This document shows, piece after piece, positions 36,618-50,429 of a stretch of DNA of 64,000 nt (position 1 is its first letter; each line of letters opens with the position of its first letter). Position numbers and translations under genes: made by a program. The notes under the pieces were generated by a model, which saw only the letters and a list, made by a program, of their open reading frames with translations, searched no databases and was not told where the DNA came from. Origin of the DNA: Leucoraja erinacea (Eukaryota); NCBI RefSeq assembly GCF_028641065.1, contig NW_026576125.1, forward strand, positions 124,001 to 188,000. Reading direction: 5' to 3'.

Positions 36618-38076
36618 CACAGTTTCTTCCCTGCTGTTATCAGACAAATGAATCATCCTACCACAACCAGAGAGCAGTGCTGAACTACTATTGACTTCAT
36701 TGGTGACCCTCAGACTATCCTTGATCGGACTTTGCTGGCTTTATCTTGCATTAAACGTTATTCTCTTACCATGTATCTATACACTGTAAATGACTCGATT
36801 GTAATCATGCATTGTCTTTCTGCTGACATGCGATAAAAAGCTTTTCTCTGTACACGTGACAATAATCTCAACTGAACTGAGTTCCTTCTATCTAACACTT
36901 GAGTCCAGTTGCTTTTTACCACTGTGATGGTCATATGGTGAAGTGGTTTATTCCCTTCTGGGCCTGCCTTCCATTCGTAAGATCGCAAGTTTGTAAACCA
37001 TCATATTCAGAGGTGACCTCATAATGTGCCTAGCTGGTGACCTCACAGTGAACTGCATCCGTAACCATGAGAGACGGGCTCCATTTCATCTGTCAACTTG
37101 GCAAACTGGCTCCATTTCATCTGTCAACTTGAAGTGGGTATGCAATAACCCTATTGCCAGGCATAGAAACAACCAGCAGCTACTAGAGGTGGAAACTCTA
37201 ACATTCGCGGAGTTGATCAATAACCCAAGCAAGGAGTTTCGAGAATGCCGGAGACAAAGGACAGAGCCACGCAGACTTACAAGAGGAGATCTAAGGTAGA
37301 TCTGAATCTGTTAATAGACCAAGATAAAAGGTGGTGACTCAGCGGGTCTTATTCTTAAACTGTGACCCCTGGTTCTGGACTCCCCCTACATCGGGAACAT
37401 AGGGACATAGGGGTCTTCTGCCACCTCTAAGCTTTTCTTTATGGGAGAGAATCCTATCCATCCAGTGACAACCCTGTCTCCTGTCTCCAACATTCCCCTA
37501 CCAACATTCCCCCAACCCCCCTGCCCCCAGTCCCTACCCAGCCTTCTACCCTCTCTGGACCTTTTTATATCCACTGTTGGTGCAAAAACTGTCTTGGCTT
37601 CTCTACTCCACTGGCCAACTCAAACCGGAAGGGTCCTGACCTGAAATTACAAATGTTAAGGAACATCTGTGGAGAACATGGATAGGTGACATTTCACAAA
37701 GTACTGGAGTAACTCAGCGGGCCAGGCAGCATCTCTGTCAAACTTGGATAGGTGACATTTCACAGGACAATGAAGCTAGTTGGAGAACTAGGGTGGGGGA
37801 GGGAAGAGGTTGGAGAGAGAGGGAAAGCAAGGGTTACTTGAAGTTGGAGAAATCAATATTCATATCGCTGAGTTGTAATCTGCCTGTCCCGCTGAGTTTT
37901 TCGAGCAGTTTGTGTCTATCTTTAGTGTAAACCAGCATCTGCTGTTCCTTCACATTTTGTCTTGCCCACATTTACAAGATGCTCCATCAACACCAGTCCC
38001 ACCTCCCTTCACTTGCTCCATATCTATCCATACCCATCCTATCCATGTCAAGAGTCAAGAGTGTTTTATTGTCATA

Positions 38077-38600
38077 CTAGACTAAGTGGAACCCGTTGGG
38101 TCCCAGTCACACGGGAGGCCTCGTCCCCCAATGCAATACTCCACCACTCACCTGTTCCCCCAACGCAACGGCGGGAGCGTTCTGTAGCTGGGGCACAGGG
38201 CCAACCTCAGGCGGGTATCGCAGCCAGGGAGGGTGACGGCTTCAGGCGGGGCCTGTCGGGGGGGGGGGGGGGGTGTGTGGGGGGGAGAGGAGGAGGTGGG
38301 AGGGGGAGGGGTTTGGGAGGGAGAGGGGTTTGGGAGGGAGAGGGTGGTTGTAGGATGTGGGTGGGGGGGTGGGGGTAGGGGGGTTGTGGGGGTGGGAGGA
38401 TGGTGGGGGGTAAGTGGGGGCAGGGGGGATGTGGGGCAGGGGGATTGTGGGTATAGGAGGAGGGGTGTGTGGTCGGGGGAGTGTGGGGTAGTGTGGGGGA
38501 GGGGGTGTGGGTGAGGGCAGGGAGGGGGGGGTGTAGGGGACGGGGATGCAGGGGAGGGGAGTTGTAGGGGAGTGGGGGGTGGAGGGGAGGGAGGGTTGTG
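38077..38600 (-). mobile_element. Non-autonomous Helitron-like 3' end with G-rich interior
   Basis: Minus strand gggaccc-aac-gggttcc hairpin followed 7 nt later by CTAG|t. Confidence 0.6.
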
Positions 38601-39985
38601 GGGTGAATTTATTATGAGGAATAAGGAAATGGTAGATGAGTTGAATAGGTACTTTGGATCTGTCTTCACTAAGGAGGACACAAACAATCTTCCTGATATA
38701 GTAGCAGCCAGAGGATCTGGGGTGACGGAGGTACTGAAGGAAATCCACATTGGACAGGAAATGGTGTTGGGTGGACTGATGGGACTGAAGGCTGATAAAT
38801 CCCCAAATGGGCAAGGGAGAGCCAGTGGGGAGGATCTGCATCTAAAAGTAGAGCAGACAAAATGTAACCAAGGCAGGAACGGGACCCAGACATGTAGTGT
38901 ACCTGGACTTTCAGAAAGCATTTGATAAGGTCCCACATAGGACAGAATTAGGGCACATGGTATCGGGGGTAGAGTGCTGACATGGATAGAAAATTGGTTG
39001 GCAGATAGGAAACAAAGAATAGGGATTAACGGGTCCCTTTCAGAATGGCAGGCAGTGACTAGTGGGGCACCACAAGGCTCGGTGCTGGGACTGCAGCAAT
39101 TTACAAAATACATTAATGATTTAGATGAAGGGATTCAAAGTAACATGAGCAAATTTGCAGAAGTCACAAAGCTGGGTGACAGTATGAACTGTGAGGAGGA
39201 TGCTATGAGAATGCAGGGTGACTTGGACAGGTTGGGTGAGTGGGCAGATGCATGGCACATGCAGTTGAATGTGGATAAATGTGTGGTTATCCACTTTGGT
39301 TGCAAAAACAGGGAGGCAGATTATTATTGACTAAATGGTGTCAAGTTGGGAAAAGAGGAAGTACAACGGGATCGGGGGGTCCTTGTTCATCAATCAATGA
39401 AAGTAAGCATGCAAGTACAGCAGGCAGTGAAGAAAGCGAATGGCATGTTGGCCTTCACAACAAGAGGATTTGAGTTTAGGAACAAATAGATCCTTCTGCA
39501 GTTGTACAGATCCCGAGTGAGACCACATCTGGAGTATTGTGTGCAGTTTTGATCCCCTAATTTGAGGAAGGACATGCTGGCTATTGAGGGAGTGCAGCGT
39601 AGGTTTACAAGTTTAATTCCCGGGATGGCGGGACTGTCATATGCTGAGAGAATGGAACGGCTGGGCTTGTATACGCTGGAGTTAAGAAGGATGAGAGGAT
39701 ATTCTTGAAACATATAAGATTATTAAGGGTTTGGACATGCTAGAGGCAGGAAACATGTTCCCGATGTTGGGGGGAGTCCAAAATCAGAGGCCACAGTTTA
39801 AGAATAAGGGGTAATCATTTAGAACGGAGACGAGGAAACACTTCTTCACACAGAGTTGTGAGTCTGTGGAATTCTCTGCCTTAGAGGGCAGTGGAGGTCG
39901 GTTCTCTGGATACTTTCAAGAGAGAGCTAGATAGGGCTCTTAAAGATAGCGGAGCCAGGGGATATGGGGAGAAGACAGGAACGGG
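38600..39985 (+). mobile_element. CR1 LINE, interrupted; its 3' end resumes at 43310-43390
   Basis: WIENWLADRKQR, PQGSVLG; the 3' UTR is split at ggaacggg / tcagccatgatc. Confidence 0.85.
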
Positions 39986-40358
39986 ACCTGGACATGGCGT
40001 CGAAGGACAAGAAGCCAAAGCAATGAAGTGTAACCTAAATTACCGAACAGAAACAAAGCTGAAACGCCAACTAACCGTAAGGGTTGGACGCCTAAAAGCA
40101 AACTAACCGAAAGGACAAGATGCTGCCGGGGGGGGCGGGACGGGACTGTACAACTTGGAGCTCGGGATCAGAGTGCCCAGTCACCTATGGCTTGTGTGGG
40201 AACATGACCCCCACCCTCCCGTCTCCATCGGCCAGTGATATGATGGACACGTGGGTCTGGACCAATCGCTGACATGTCCCACCCCCCGGCCGTTATTTGA
40301 CTTTTCGGCAAAGCAGCCATTCGGTGAGTTGGCGTTTCGGCAGAGCGACCTTTCAGTG

Positions 40359-43192
40359 CACCTCCCACACATCGCCCGCAGACCCCGACTCAACCGACCA
40401 TCGACGCCGGACATCGGGCCCGCTGACCCGCGCCACTCCACCTCCCTCCAACAACCCACAGCCGTCGCCTTACCTGGAGCCTGGACTCTCCACTGGGCCT
40501 GAAGCCTCCACGCTGCTAACTCCCACTCTCCTGGGTTTGACTCCACTGGGTCCTAGTGCTAGTCGACCCAGCCTGGTCTACCTCAGTGGCAGTTCGACTG
40601 AGTCTCCTCCCCCCACCCCCTCTAACTGTAAGTCTCCTCCCCCCACCCCCCTCTAACTGTGTGGCCCCTGCTCTTCCCCACCCACACCACAGCCCTCTCA
40701 CCCCCCCACCCCCTGACCACCCCACCACCCCCCCCCACCACACATCGCCTCGTCCCCACCTGCCTTCGTCCGGCCCCAACCCCCATCCCTGTCGAGTGTT
40801 CACCATCCCCCCCGACCTCCCCCTCTCCAACACCGAACGGTCCGTCCTCAACAGAGGTCTTACCTTTGTCCCCCTCCGTCCCCACCTCAATGAATTCCGC
40901 GCACACCACGACTTGGAGCGCTTCTACCGTCGCCTCCGCCTCACAGCGCACTTCCATGGGAAGGAGTCCTCGCCCCCCACTGATGACCCCTTTTCCCGTC
41001 TCCAACGCACCCCCTCCTCGTGGAACCCCCCTCGTGGCCAATTTCCGGCTTTAGAACTTTTTATCAATAACTGCCGTCGCGACATCAACCGCCTCAACTT
41101 CTCCACTCCCCTGTCTCACTCCAATCTCTCACCACAGGAACGCTCTGCCATCGACTCACTCCACAACAACCCAGATTTGGTTATCAAACCCGCTGACAAG
41201 GGAGGTGCCGTGGTAGTCTGGCGCGCCGATCTCTACAAAGCTGAGGCCACGCGCCAACTATCGGACACCTCCTCCTACTTACCCCTGGACCATGACCCCA
41301 CTGACGAGCACCAGGCCACCATCTCCAGCACCATCACCAACTTCATCCACTCCAATGCCCTACCCGACCAAGCCTCCAACCTCATCGTTCCCCAGCCCCG
41401 CACAGCCCGATTTTACCTTCTCCCTAAAATCCACAAACCTGATTGTCCCGGAAGACCCATTGTCTCCGCCTGTTCGTGCCCCACCGAACTCATTTCCAAA
41501 TACCTTGACTCCATCCTATCACCCTTGGTTAAATCCCTCCCTACCTATGTCCAAGACACCTCAGACACTCTCCGTCGTCTCCGCGCATTCAATTCTCTAG
41601 GCCCTCACCCCCTCATCTTCACCATGGACGTCCAATCACTATACACCTCCATCCCCCACCACGATGGTCTCACAGCCCTCCAGTTCTTCCTCGACCAGAG
41701 AAGCAACCCATACCCAGCCACTGACACTCTCCTCCGCCTAGCGGAGCTGGTCCTTACCCTCAATAACTTCGAGTTCGACTCCTCCCACTTCCTCCAAATA
41801 CAAGGCGTAGCTATGGGCACACGCATGGGCCCCAGCTATGCCTGCCTATTTGTAGGTTACGTCGAGCAATCCTTGTTCAATACATACCAGGGCCCCATCC
41901 CCAACTTCTACCTCCGCTACATCGACGACTGCTTCGGTGCCACCTCCTGCACCCGCACACAACTGACTGACTTCATCCACTTCACCACTAATTTCCACCC
42001 GGCACTGAAATACACCTGGACCATCTCCGACACTTCCCTACCATTCCTTGACCTCACGATCTCCATTGCAGGTGATAGACTTCTAACCGACATACACTAT
42101 AAACCCACTGACTCCCATGGCTATCTGGACTACACTTCTTCCCACCCTGCTTCCTGTAAGGACTCCATCCCCTACTCCCAATTCCTCCGTCTACGCCGCA
42201 TCTGCTCCACGGATGAGGCGTTCCACACCAGGACATCTGAAATGTCCTCACTATTCAGGGAACGGGGGTTCCCCTCCTCCACCATAAATGAGGCTCGCAC
42301 CAGGGTCTCTTCCATACCCCGCAACACTGCTCTCTCTCCCCATCCCCGCACTCGCAACAAGGGCCGAGTCCCCCTAGTCCTCACCTTTCACCCCACCAGC
42401 CATCACATACAAAAAATAATCCTCCGTCAGTTTCGCCACCTCCAACGTGACCCCACTACTAGCCACATCTTCCCATCTCCCCCCATATCTGCCTTCCGCA
42501 AAGACCGCTCCCTCCATAACTCCCTTGTCAATTCTTCCCTTCCCTCTCGGTCCACCCCCTCCCCGGGCACTTTCCCTTGCGGCCGCAGGAGATGCAACAC
42601 TTGTCCCTTTACCTCCCCCCTCAACTCCGTTCAGGGACCCAAGCAATCGTTCCAGGTGCGACAGAGGTTTACCTGCATCTCTTCCAACCAACCTCATCTA
42701 TTGCGTCCGCTGCTCTAGATGTCAGCAGATCTATATCGGTGAGACCAAGCGGAGGTTGGGCGATCGTTTCGCCGAACACCTCCGCTCGGTCCGCAATAAC
42801 CTAGCTGACCTCCCGGTGGCTCAGCACTTCAACTCCCCCTCCCACTCCGCCTCCGACCTCTCTGTCCTGGGTCTCCTCCATGGCCACAGCGAGCAGCACC
42901 GGAAATTGGAGGAACAGCACCTCATATTCCGTTTGGGGAGTCTGCACCCCGGGGGCATGAACATCGACTTCTCCCAATTCTGTTAGTCCTTGCTGTCTCC
43001 TCCCCTTCCTCAGCTCCCCTGCTGTCTCCTCCCACCCTCCAGCCTTCCGGCTACTCCTCCTTTTCCCTTTCTTGTCCCCACCCACCCCCACCCCTGATCA
43101 GTCTGAAGAAGGGTTTCGGCCCGAAACGTTGCCTATTTCCTTCGCTCCATAGATGCTGCTGCACCCGCTGAGTTTCTCCAGCTTTTCTGTGT
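40359..43192 (+). mobile_element. Near-complete Penelope-like element (RT plus GIY-YIG endonuclease)
   Basis: 720-aa ORF with PADKG, LPKIHK, QGVAMG and YIDD; GIY-YIG part in a second frame after a ccaa duplication at 42684-42691. 12-bp TSD gacctttcagtg at 40347-40358 and 43193-43204. Confidence 0.95.
43103..43130 (+). ncRNA. Minimal hammerhead ribozyme of the Penelope element
   Basis: CUGAAGA-A-GGGU(UUCG)GCCC-GAAAC-GUU: catalytic core, stem II and palindromic ACGU stem III. Confidence 0.8.
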
Positions 43193-43698
43193 GACCTTTC
43201 AGTGAGTTTGCTTTTAGGCGTCCTACCCTTTCGGTTAGTTGGCGTTTCGGCTTTGTACCCTTTTGGTTCTTTGGTGTTTTGGCTTTGTTTCCGTTCGGTT
43301 ATTTGGTTATCAGCCATGATCACATTGAATGGCGGTGCTGGGTCGAAGGGTCAAAAGACCTACTCCTGCACCCATTGTCTATTGTCTATTGGCTCATCCC
43401 TGGATTGTGAATGGGGTCTCTTCCCGGGAGCTCTTTGTAACCCGAACAGTTTGCAAATGAGAAATGCAGGTACGGGTCGTTTTCCCACTTGGTAAAAGAT
43501 GCCTTCAGTCCCATAGCAATCGCCAAGTCCACCCTCTGGTGTCCCAAACACTCTACTGGATGGATGGGCTGTAAGTAAAGAGGGTGACTGTGCAGTGTGG
43601 AGTATCTGCATCTAAATGTAGAGCAGACAAAATGTAAAGTAAGAAACTGCAGATGCTGATTTACACCAAAGATAAACACAAAACGCTAGAGTAACTTA

Positions 43699-44049
43699 AG
43701 GGCCTGTCCCACTTTCCCAAATTATTCACAAATTTTCCTGAATTATTCACGATTTCTCCCGAGTTTTCAAACTCGCAGAATGTCCGTAGCGAGTCCGTTG
43801 GAGGCCGTAGGAGTCTGTGGATATATCGTAGCGGCTCGTTATGCCAGCCATAGGTACTCGGGACATCATGTAAGTTTTTTCAGCATGATGAAAAATGTTC
43901 ACGAGTGAAAAGATAGCCCCGAGTACCTAAGGCTGGCATAACGAGCCACTATGATATATCATGGCCTCCTACGGACTTGTTACGAATATTCTGCGAGTTT
44001 GAAAACTTGGGAGAATTCTTGAATAGCTTGGGAAAGTGGAACAGGCCCT
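43699..44049. mobile_element. Harbinger-like palindromic MITE
   Basis: TIR agggcctgtcccacttt / aaagtggaacaggccct, flanked by tta/ata, with long internal inverted arms. Confidence 0.8.
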
Positions 44050-47000
44050 ATAGCGGGACAGGCGGCATCTTTGAATAGAAGGAATGGGTGACGTTTCGGG
44101 CCTATCTTTGGTGTAAACCAGCATCTGCAGCTCTTATATCACCCTCTCTATTTCTCGTTTGCCTCACCCCTGACTCTCAGTCTGAAGAAGGGCCTTGACC
44201 CAAAACATCACCTACTCCAGCATTTTGTGACTATCTTAAATGTAGAACAAGATGGGGGCAAATAGGCTGGAAGAGGGACCAGAATAAGACACAATATATC
44301 AAATTCCCATCTACAGTGGATCAGTTCTTCTCATTATGGTGGTATTTAGTTTGTACACAGTCTGTATTGGAGAACTTTATGCTTAGGCTTATTATTGTCA
44401 TGTGTACTGAGATACAGTGAAAAGCTTTGTTTTCAGAGACTTTTATTCTCTTTTATTGTCACCTGTACCAATTAAGGTACAGTGATATTCGAATTACCCA
44501 TCCGCTGTACTAAAAAAGTAACAAGACACACAACTACATGAAAGTTAACATCAACATCCACCACAGCAGATTCCCCACATTCCTCACTGTGATGGAAGGC
44601 AAAAGAGTAACCTTCTTCCTTGCAGTCGGAGGAGTTGAACCATCTGTCGGGGGCAATCGGAGCTCCCGCAGCCAGCGGTCGAAGTCCCTGCGTCAGGACA
44701 ATCAAAGCTCCCGTGTTGGGCCGATCCAAGCTCCTGTGGCTTGGAGTTCCCGATGTCTGTCTCTGACCAGAGACTGCGGGCTCCGCGATGTTAAGTCCCG
44801 CAGGCTGCTGTGGTGAAGCCGCCCTGTCACGAGCCATGTTCTCTTGCCAGAGAAATAAATACCTCCCGGCCAAATGATCTTTGGTGCAAGCATTGAATTT
44901 GGCAGAATAACTGCATTAATTTGTCCAACTTGTGTTTGTTTGTTTGCCACTCTGTAGCTACAACGTGCCGATACAAGTCGCACATCCTCAATTCCCAGGA
45001 AGAGCATGGTAAAGTGGCTCAGTCGGTGAGTAGAATAAAATAACACTGCATCTGGTTAACCCAGGGAGCATGGTCCCTCATTGATGTGTGGGAAGGAGCA
45101 GAACTGCAGATGCTGGTTTAAGCCGAAGATAGACACAAAAAGCTGGAATAACTCAGTGGGTCAGGCAGCATCTGTGGAGAAAAGGAATGGGTGACGTTTA
45201 GGATTGAGACCCTTCTTCAGACCGAGAGTCAGGGGTGAGGGAAACAAGAGATATGGAAGACATTTGAAAGCAGAGATGCTGTTTGTCCCACTGAGTTCCT
45301 CCAGCCTTTTGTGTCTATCTTTGGTTTTTCATTGATCTTTGACATTGCCCTCCATGGTGAGTAGAGCCTTTTGGTTCCAGAGCCTTTCTGGATTATCCTC
45401 CGAGACTTTACTGGAGAACCTACCTGATCTCCCGGTTGCTCAACACTTAATTCCCCTCCCATTCCCACACTGACCTTTCTGTCCTGGGCCTCCTCCATAG
45501 TCAGATTGAGGCCCAGTGGTTTGGGTGATCAAATTGAAATTCGCTTCCTTGAATTTGATGCCAGTAGATCTGTTTAAAGAAGATTAAATAATTCAGTGGT
45601 TTAGCATGAGCATTGGCTGCAGCTCACTGCATTGGACATAATTAGCAATGTTGGATACATGTAAACATGTATGACTCCAGACGCCTGACATTAGGGTGGT
45701 TGGAGGTACCCAGTTGTCTGAGACTGGTTTCACAATTGCTGCTAGTCAGAGGGTGGTGATTGTGTGGAAATCTTTGCCACAGAAGGCTGTGGAGGACATC
45801 AATGGATATTTCAAAGGCAGAGATAGATAGATTTTTGTTTAAGAAAGAAACTGCAGATGCTGGAAAAATCGAAGGTAGACAAAATACTGGAGGAACTCAG
45901 CGGGTGAGGCAGCATCTATGGAGCGAAGGAATAGGCGACATTTCATTTCAAGACCCTTCTTCAGACTGACAGAGATAGATAGATTTTTGATTAGTGTGGG
46001 TGTCAGGGGTTATGTGGAGAAGGCAGGAGAACTGGGTTAGGAGGGAGGGATAGATCAGACATGATTGAATGGCGGAGTGGATTTGATGGGCCGCATGGTC
46101 TAATTCTGATCCTATCATTTATGAACTTATGAATAGAACCTCAAATTTTGCTTGGGCAGCTTACACCCCAGTAGTATGAACATTGACTTCTCTAACTTCA
46201 AGTAGCCCTTGCTTTCCCTCTCTCTCCAACACTCCCCCTTCCCAGTTCTCCCACTAATCTTACTGTCTCTGGCTATGTTTTATCTCTGTGCCTCCCACTA
46301 CCATGTCATCAGTCTGAACAAGGGTCTCAACCCGAAACATCACCCATTCCTTCTCTCCAGAGATGCTGCCTGTCCCATTGAGTTATTCCAGCATTTTGTG
46401 TCTTTTCTTCGATTCAAAAGACATTTTGACAGGTTCGGAAGTAGGAAAGGTTGAGAGGGATATGGGCCAAGTGCAGGCAGGTGGGATTAGAGTTTGTACG
46501 TTCTCTCTGTGACTGCGTGGGTTTTCTCCGGGTGCTCCGAGTTCCTCCCACATTCCAAAGACGTGCAGGTGTGTAGGTTAATACTGAAAATTGCCCCCAG
46601 TGAGTAGGGTAGACATAGTGTACAGGTGATCGTTGGTCAGTGAGTAGGGTCGACCTAGTGTACAGGGGATCGCTGGTCAGCGTGTACTTAGTGGGCCGAA
46701 CGGCCTTTTTCCATGTTGTATCTCTAAAGGAAGCTTCTATGAAATGACAGTGTACCATTTCACCACGTTGAGCAATACTCTCTGTATCCTGGACATCACC
46801 ACAATCCCATTTACTTGTCCATCATATGTTAACACCCCAGTTAACATTGAACCCTCACTCTTAAATTACAGGAGCAGAATTAGGCCATTCGGCCCATCAG
46901 GTTTACTCCACAATTCAATTAAGGCTGATCTATCTTTCAGTCTCAACCCCATTCTCCTGCCTTCTCCCTATAACCCCTGACACTCGTTCTAATCAAGAAT

Positions 47001-47689
47001 CTATCTATCTCCGCCTAAAAAAATATCCAATGAGTTGGCCTCCACAGCTGCCTGTGGCAATGAATTCCACAGATTCACCTTCTGGCTAAGGACATTCCTC
47101 CTGGTCTCCTTCTTAAAGGAATGTCATTTAATTCTGAGGCTCTGGTCCTTGACAAGGGGTTGCCAACCTTTTTCATCCCTTTTACCCCTGGCAACTTTAA
47201 TAACACTTGTTTACTTTCACTTATTTATGAACAACTAATGATGAACAGATACCAGTATACCAGAACCAAACACGTTAGTCAATGAGAAAAAATATGTATA
47301 AATCCAGAATCAACAAATTTACCCCTGGGTAGGCGAAATTTACCTCTGGGGGTAAATTTCCCCAGGTTGTGAAACTTGTTCGAGACTCTCCCATGAGTGG
47401 AAACATCCTCTCCACGTCCACGCTGTCCAAACCTTGCACTCTTTGGTGCATTTCAATGAACTCCAGCGAGTACAGACCCACTGCCATCATAAACGCTCAT
47501 CATAGGTTAACCCACTCATTCCTGGAATCATTCTCGTAAACCTCCTCTGGACCCTCTCCAGAGCCAGCGCATTCTTCCTCAGATATGATGTACAAAATTG
47601 CTCGCAATACTCCAAATGTGGCCTGACCAGCACCTTATAGAGCCTCAGCATTACATCCCTGTTTTTGTATACTAGCCCTCTTGAAATGA

Positions 47690-49304
47690 ATGTGCACACA
47701 TTCTCGCTGTCCGAGCACGACGTGAGGAGGGCACTGACACGGGTGAACACGAGAAAAGCTGCAGGCCCCGATGGCATCTCGGGGCGAGTACTCAAGTCCT
47801 GTGCTACGCAGCTAGCTCCAGTGCTCACTACAATATTCAACCTCTCCCTGGACAAGTCCGTGGTCCCTGCCTGCTTCAAAAAATCCATCATTGTACCGGT
47901 ACCAAAAAATGCCTCCCCAGCCTGCCTGAATGACTACCGTCCGGTGGCCCTTACCTCGGTAGTCATGAAATGCTTTGAGAGGCTGGTGAAGAATCACATC
48001 TGCGCCTTCCTCCCTCGGAACATGGACCCGTTGCAGTTTGCATACCGTCCGAACAGGTCCACGGACGATGCGGTCTCCCAGGTCTTGCACACCGCTCTCT
48101 CCCATCTGGACAGCCAGAAGGGGGGCTACGTGAGGATGCTGTTCATAGACTACAGTTCAGCTTTCAACACGATAGTCCCCACCAGACTGGCCGGGAAGCT
48201 TCGGGAATTGGGGCTCAACACCTCCCTGTGTGCCTGGGTCCTGGACTTTCTCACCGCCAGGCCCCAGGTAGTCAAGATGGGAGGGAATACATCGAAGTCC
48301 TTCACCCTGAGCACAGGATCGCCCCAGGGTTGCGTCCTCAGCCCCCTATTGTACTCCCTGTACACACATGACTGTGTGGCTAGGTTCAGCTCCAATTCAA
48401 TAATTAAGTTTGCTGATGACACTGTGGTGGTGGGCCTGATCTCAGACAATGATGAGAAGGCCTACCGGGAGGAGGTGGCTGATCTAGCACTCTGGTGCCA
48501 GGAGAACAGCCTCCTCTTGAACATCAAAAAAACGAAGGAGCTGATCATGGACTTTAGGAGGGCACATCATCCGAGGACGTACACTCCATTGAGTATAAAT
48601 GGGGATCCTGTGGATAGGGTGAACTGTTTTAAATATCTGGGAGTCCACATCTCTGAGGATATGACATGGTCATCACACGCCTCAGCACTCGTGAGTAAGG
48701 CAAGGCTGCGCCTTTACCACCTCAGGCAATTGAGGAAATTCAGAGTGTCTCCGAGGATCCTCCAGTGCTTCTACGCAGCGGCGGTGGAAAGCATCTTGTC
48801 CGGGAACATTACCATCTGGTTTGGGAATTGCTCTGCCAAGGACAAGAAGGCTCTGCAGAGAGTAGTGCGTTCGGCCGAACGCACTATGGGAACTTCACTC
48901 ACCCCACTGCAGGAACTATACAACAGGAGGTGTAACTCCAGAGCAAACAAAATCATGAGAGTCCTCTTCCACCCCTGCAACGGACTGTTCCAGCTGCTAC
49001 GGTCAGGCAAACGCCTCCGTTGCCATGCAGTGAGAACGGAGAGGTTGAGAAGGAGTTTCTTCCCAGAGGCAATTCGGACTGTAAACGCCTTTCTCACCAG
49101 GGACTAACTCTACAGAACGTTTTTCCTTCTATTATTTATTATGTAAAAGAATATGTGTGTTATGATTGTGTTTATAATTTGTTTGGTTGTTTTGTTGTTT
49201 GTCTTTTGCACAAAAGTCCGCGAGCATTGCCACTTTCATTTCACTGCACATCTCGTATGTGTATGTGACAAATACTTGGACTTGACTTGACTTGACTTGA
49301 CTTG
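47690..49304 (+). mobile_element. Rex1/Babar LINE, 5'-truncated with open RT frame, inserted in a minus-strand CR1
   Basis: [39 protein letters not shown]; (cttga)n tail. Confidence 0.9.
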
Positions 49305-50274
49305 ATAAATGCTAGCATTGCGTTTGCCTTCTTTATTACCGATTTGTCTTGCCGATTATCTTTGTGGGAATCCTGCACCAGCACTCCCAAGTCCCTTTGC
49401 ACCTCCGATTTCTTGATTCTCACCTCATCTAGAAATGAGTCTATGCCTTTTTTCCCCATTCATCTTTCCCTCAAACTCGGTTTCATACTATCCCTTGAAC
49501 TCCAGTTTTTAAACATCTGTTCATTATTCACTCGGCCATAATTTGTTTCTATCATCCTCATCCATCTCAATTCGCTCCCATCCCCACATACGTTGAATCC
49601 TCCTTAGTTTAGTTTTAGAGATACATCGTGGAAGCAGGACCATTGGCACACCGAGTCCACGCTGACCAACGATCATCCACACGCTAGTTCTATGTTATTC
49701 TACACACTCGGGGACAATTCAAAGAAGCCAATTAGCATCAGAGCTGCTGCCTCACAGTGCCAGAGACCTGGGTCAGTTTAGTTTATTGTCACATGTACCA
49801 AGATACAGTGAAAAGCTTTTTATTGTGTGCTATCCAGTCAGCGGAAAGACAATACATGATAATAATCGAACCATTTACCATGTACAGATGTATGATAAGG
49901 GAATAATGTTTAGTGCAAGATAAACCCAGTAAAGTCCAATCACGGATAGATCAAGGATCATCAATGAGGTAGATAGTAGTTCAGCACTGCTCTCTGGTTG
50001 GGGTAGGATAGTACAGTTGCCAGTTGCCTAATAACAGCTGGAAAGAAACTGCCTGAATCTGTGCGTTTTCACATGCTTTGCCTGATGGGAGAGGGGAAAA
50101 GAGGGAGTGGCCAGGGAGTGGCTTGTTCTTGATTATGCTGCTGGCCTTGCTGAGGCTGGGAATGTGTTCAGCACGGACTTGTAGGGCCGGGATGGCCTGT
50201 TTCCGTGCTGTAATTTTTATATGGTTATATGGTTATATGGTTATGTGTTTGATGCTGACCTCGAGTGCTGCCTG

Positions 50275-50422
50275 TGAGTGTGGAGTTTGTACATTCTCCC
50301 TGTGACCACGTGGCCTCTCCTTGAGGTGTGTGTGTGTGTGGAGTTTGCACGTTCTTGCTGTGACCACGTGGCCTCTCCTTGAGGTGTGCGGGTGTGTGTG
50401 GAGTTTGCACGTTCTCTCTGTG
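50275..50422 (+). repeat. Three tandem ~60-bp copies of a SINE-core-derived unit
   Basis: gtgtggagtttgyac.ttct...tgtgaccacgtggcctctccttgagg repeated. Confidence 0.7.
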
Positions 50423-50429
50423 GCCATAT

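Larger units (their letters stand above)
29878..37530. repeat. Diverged duplication: copy A ~29878-32290, copy B ~33899-37530
   Basis: Same order of unique sequence, SINE, CR1 and Rex1 fragments. Copy B carries extra inserts, including a Penelope fragment. Confidence 0.85.
39986..43309. mobile_element. Foldback/TIR non-autonomous DNA element hosting the Penelope
   Basis: 40030-40115 is the reverse complement of 43196-43309; internal ~30-bp iterons (gaaacgccaactaaccgaaagg). Confidence 0.7.

Noticed and set aside
38240-38600. Second switch-like region
   Set aside because: G-rich but lacks AGCT, lies outside the transcription unit, and belongs to a Helitron-like element.
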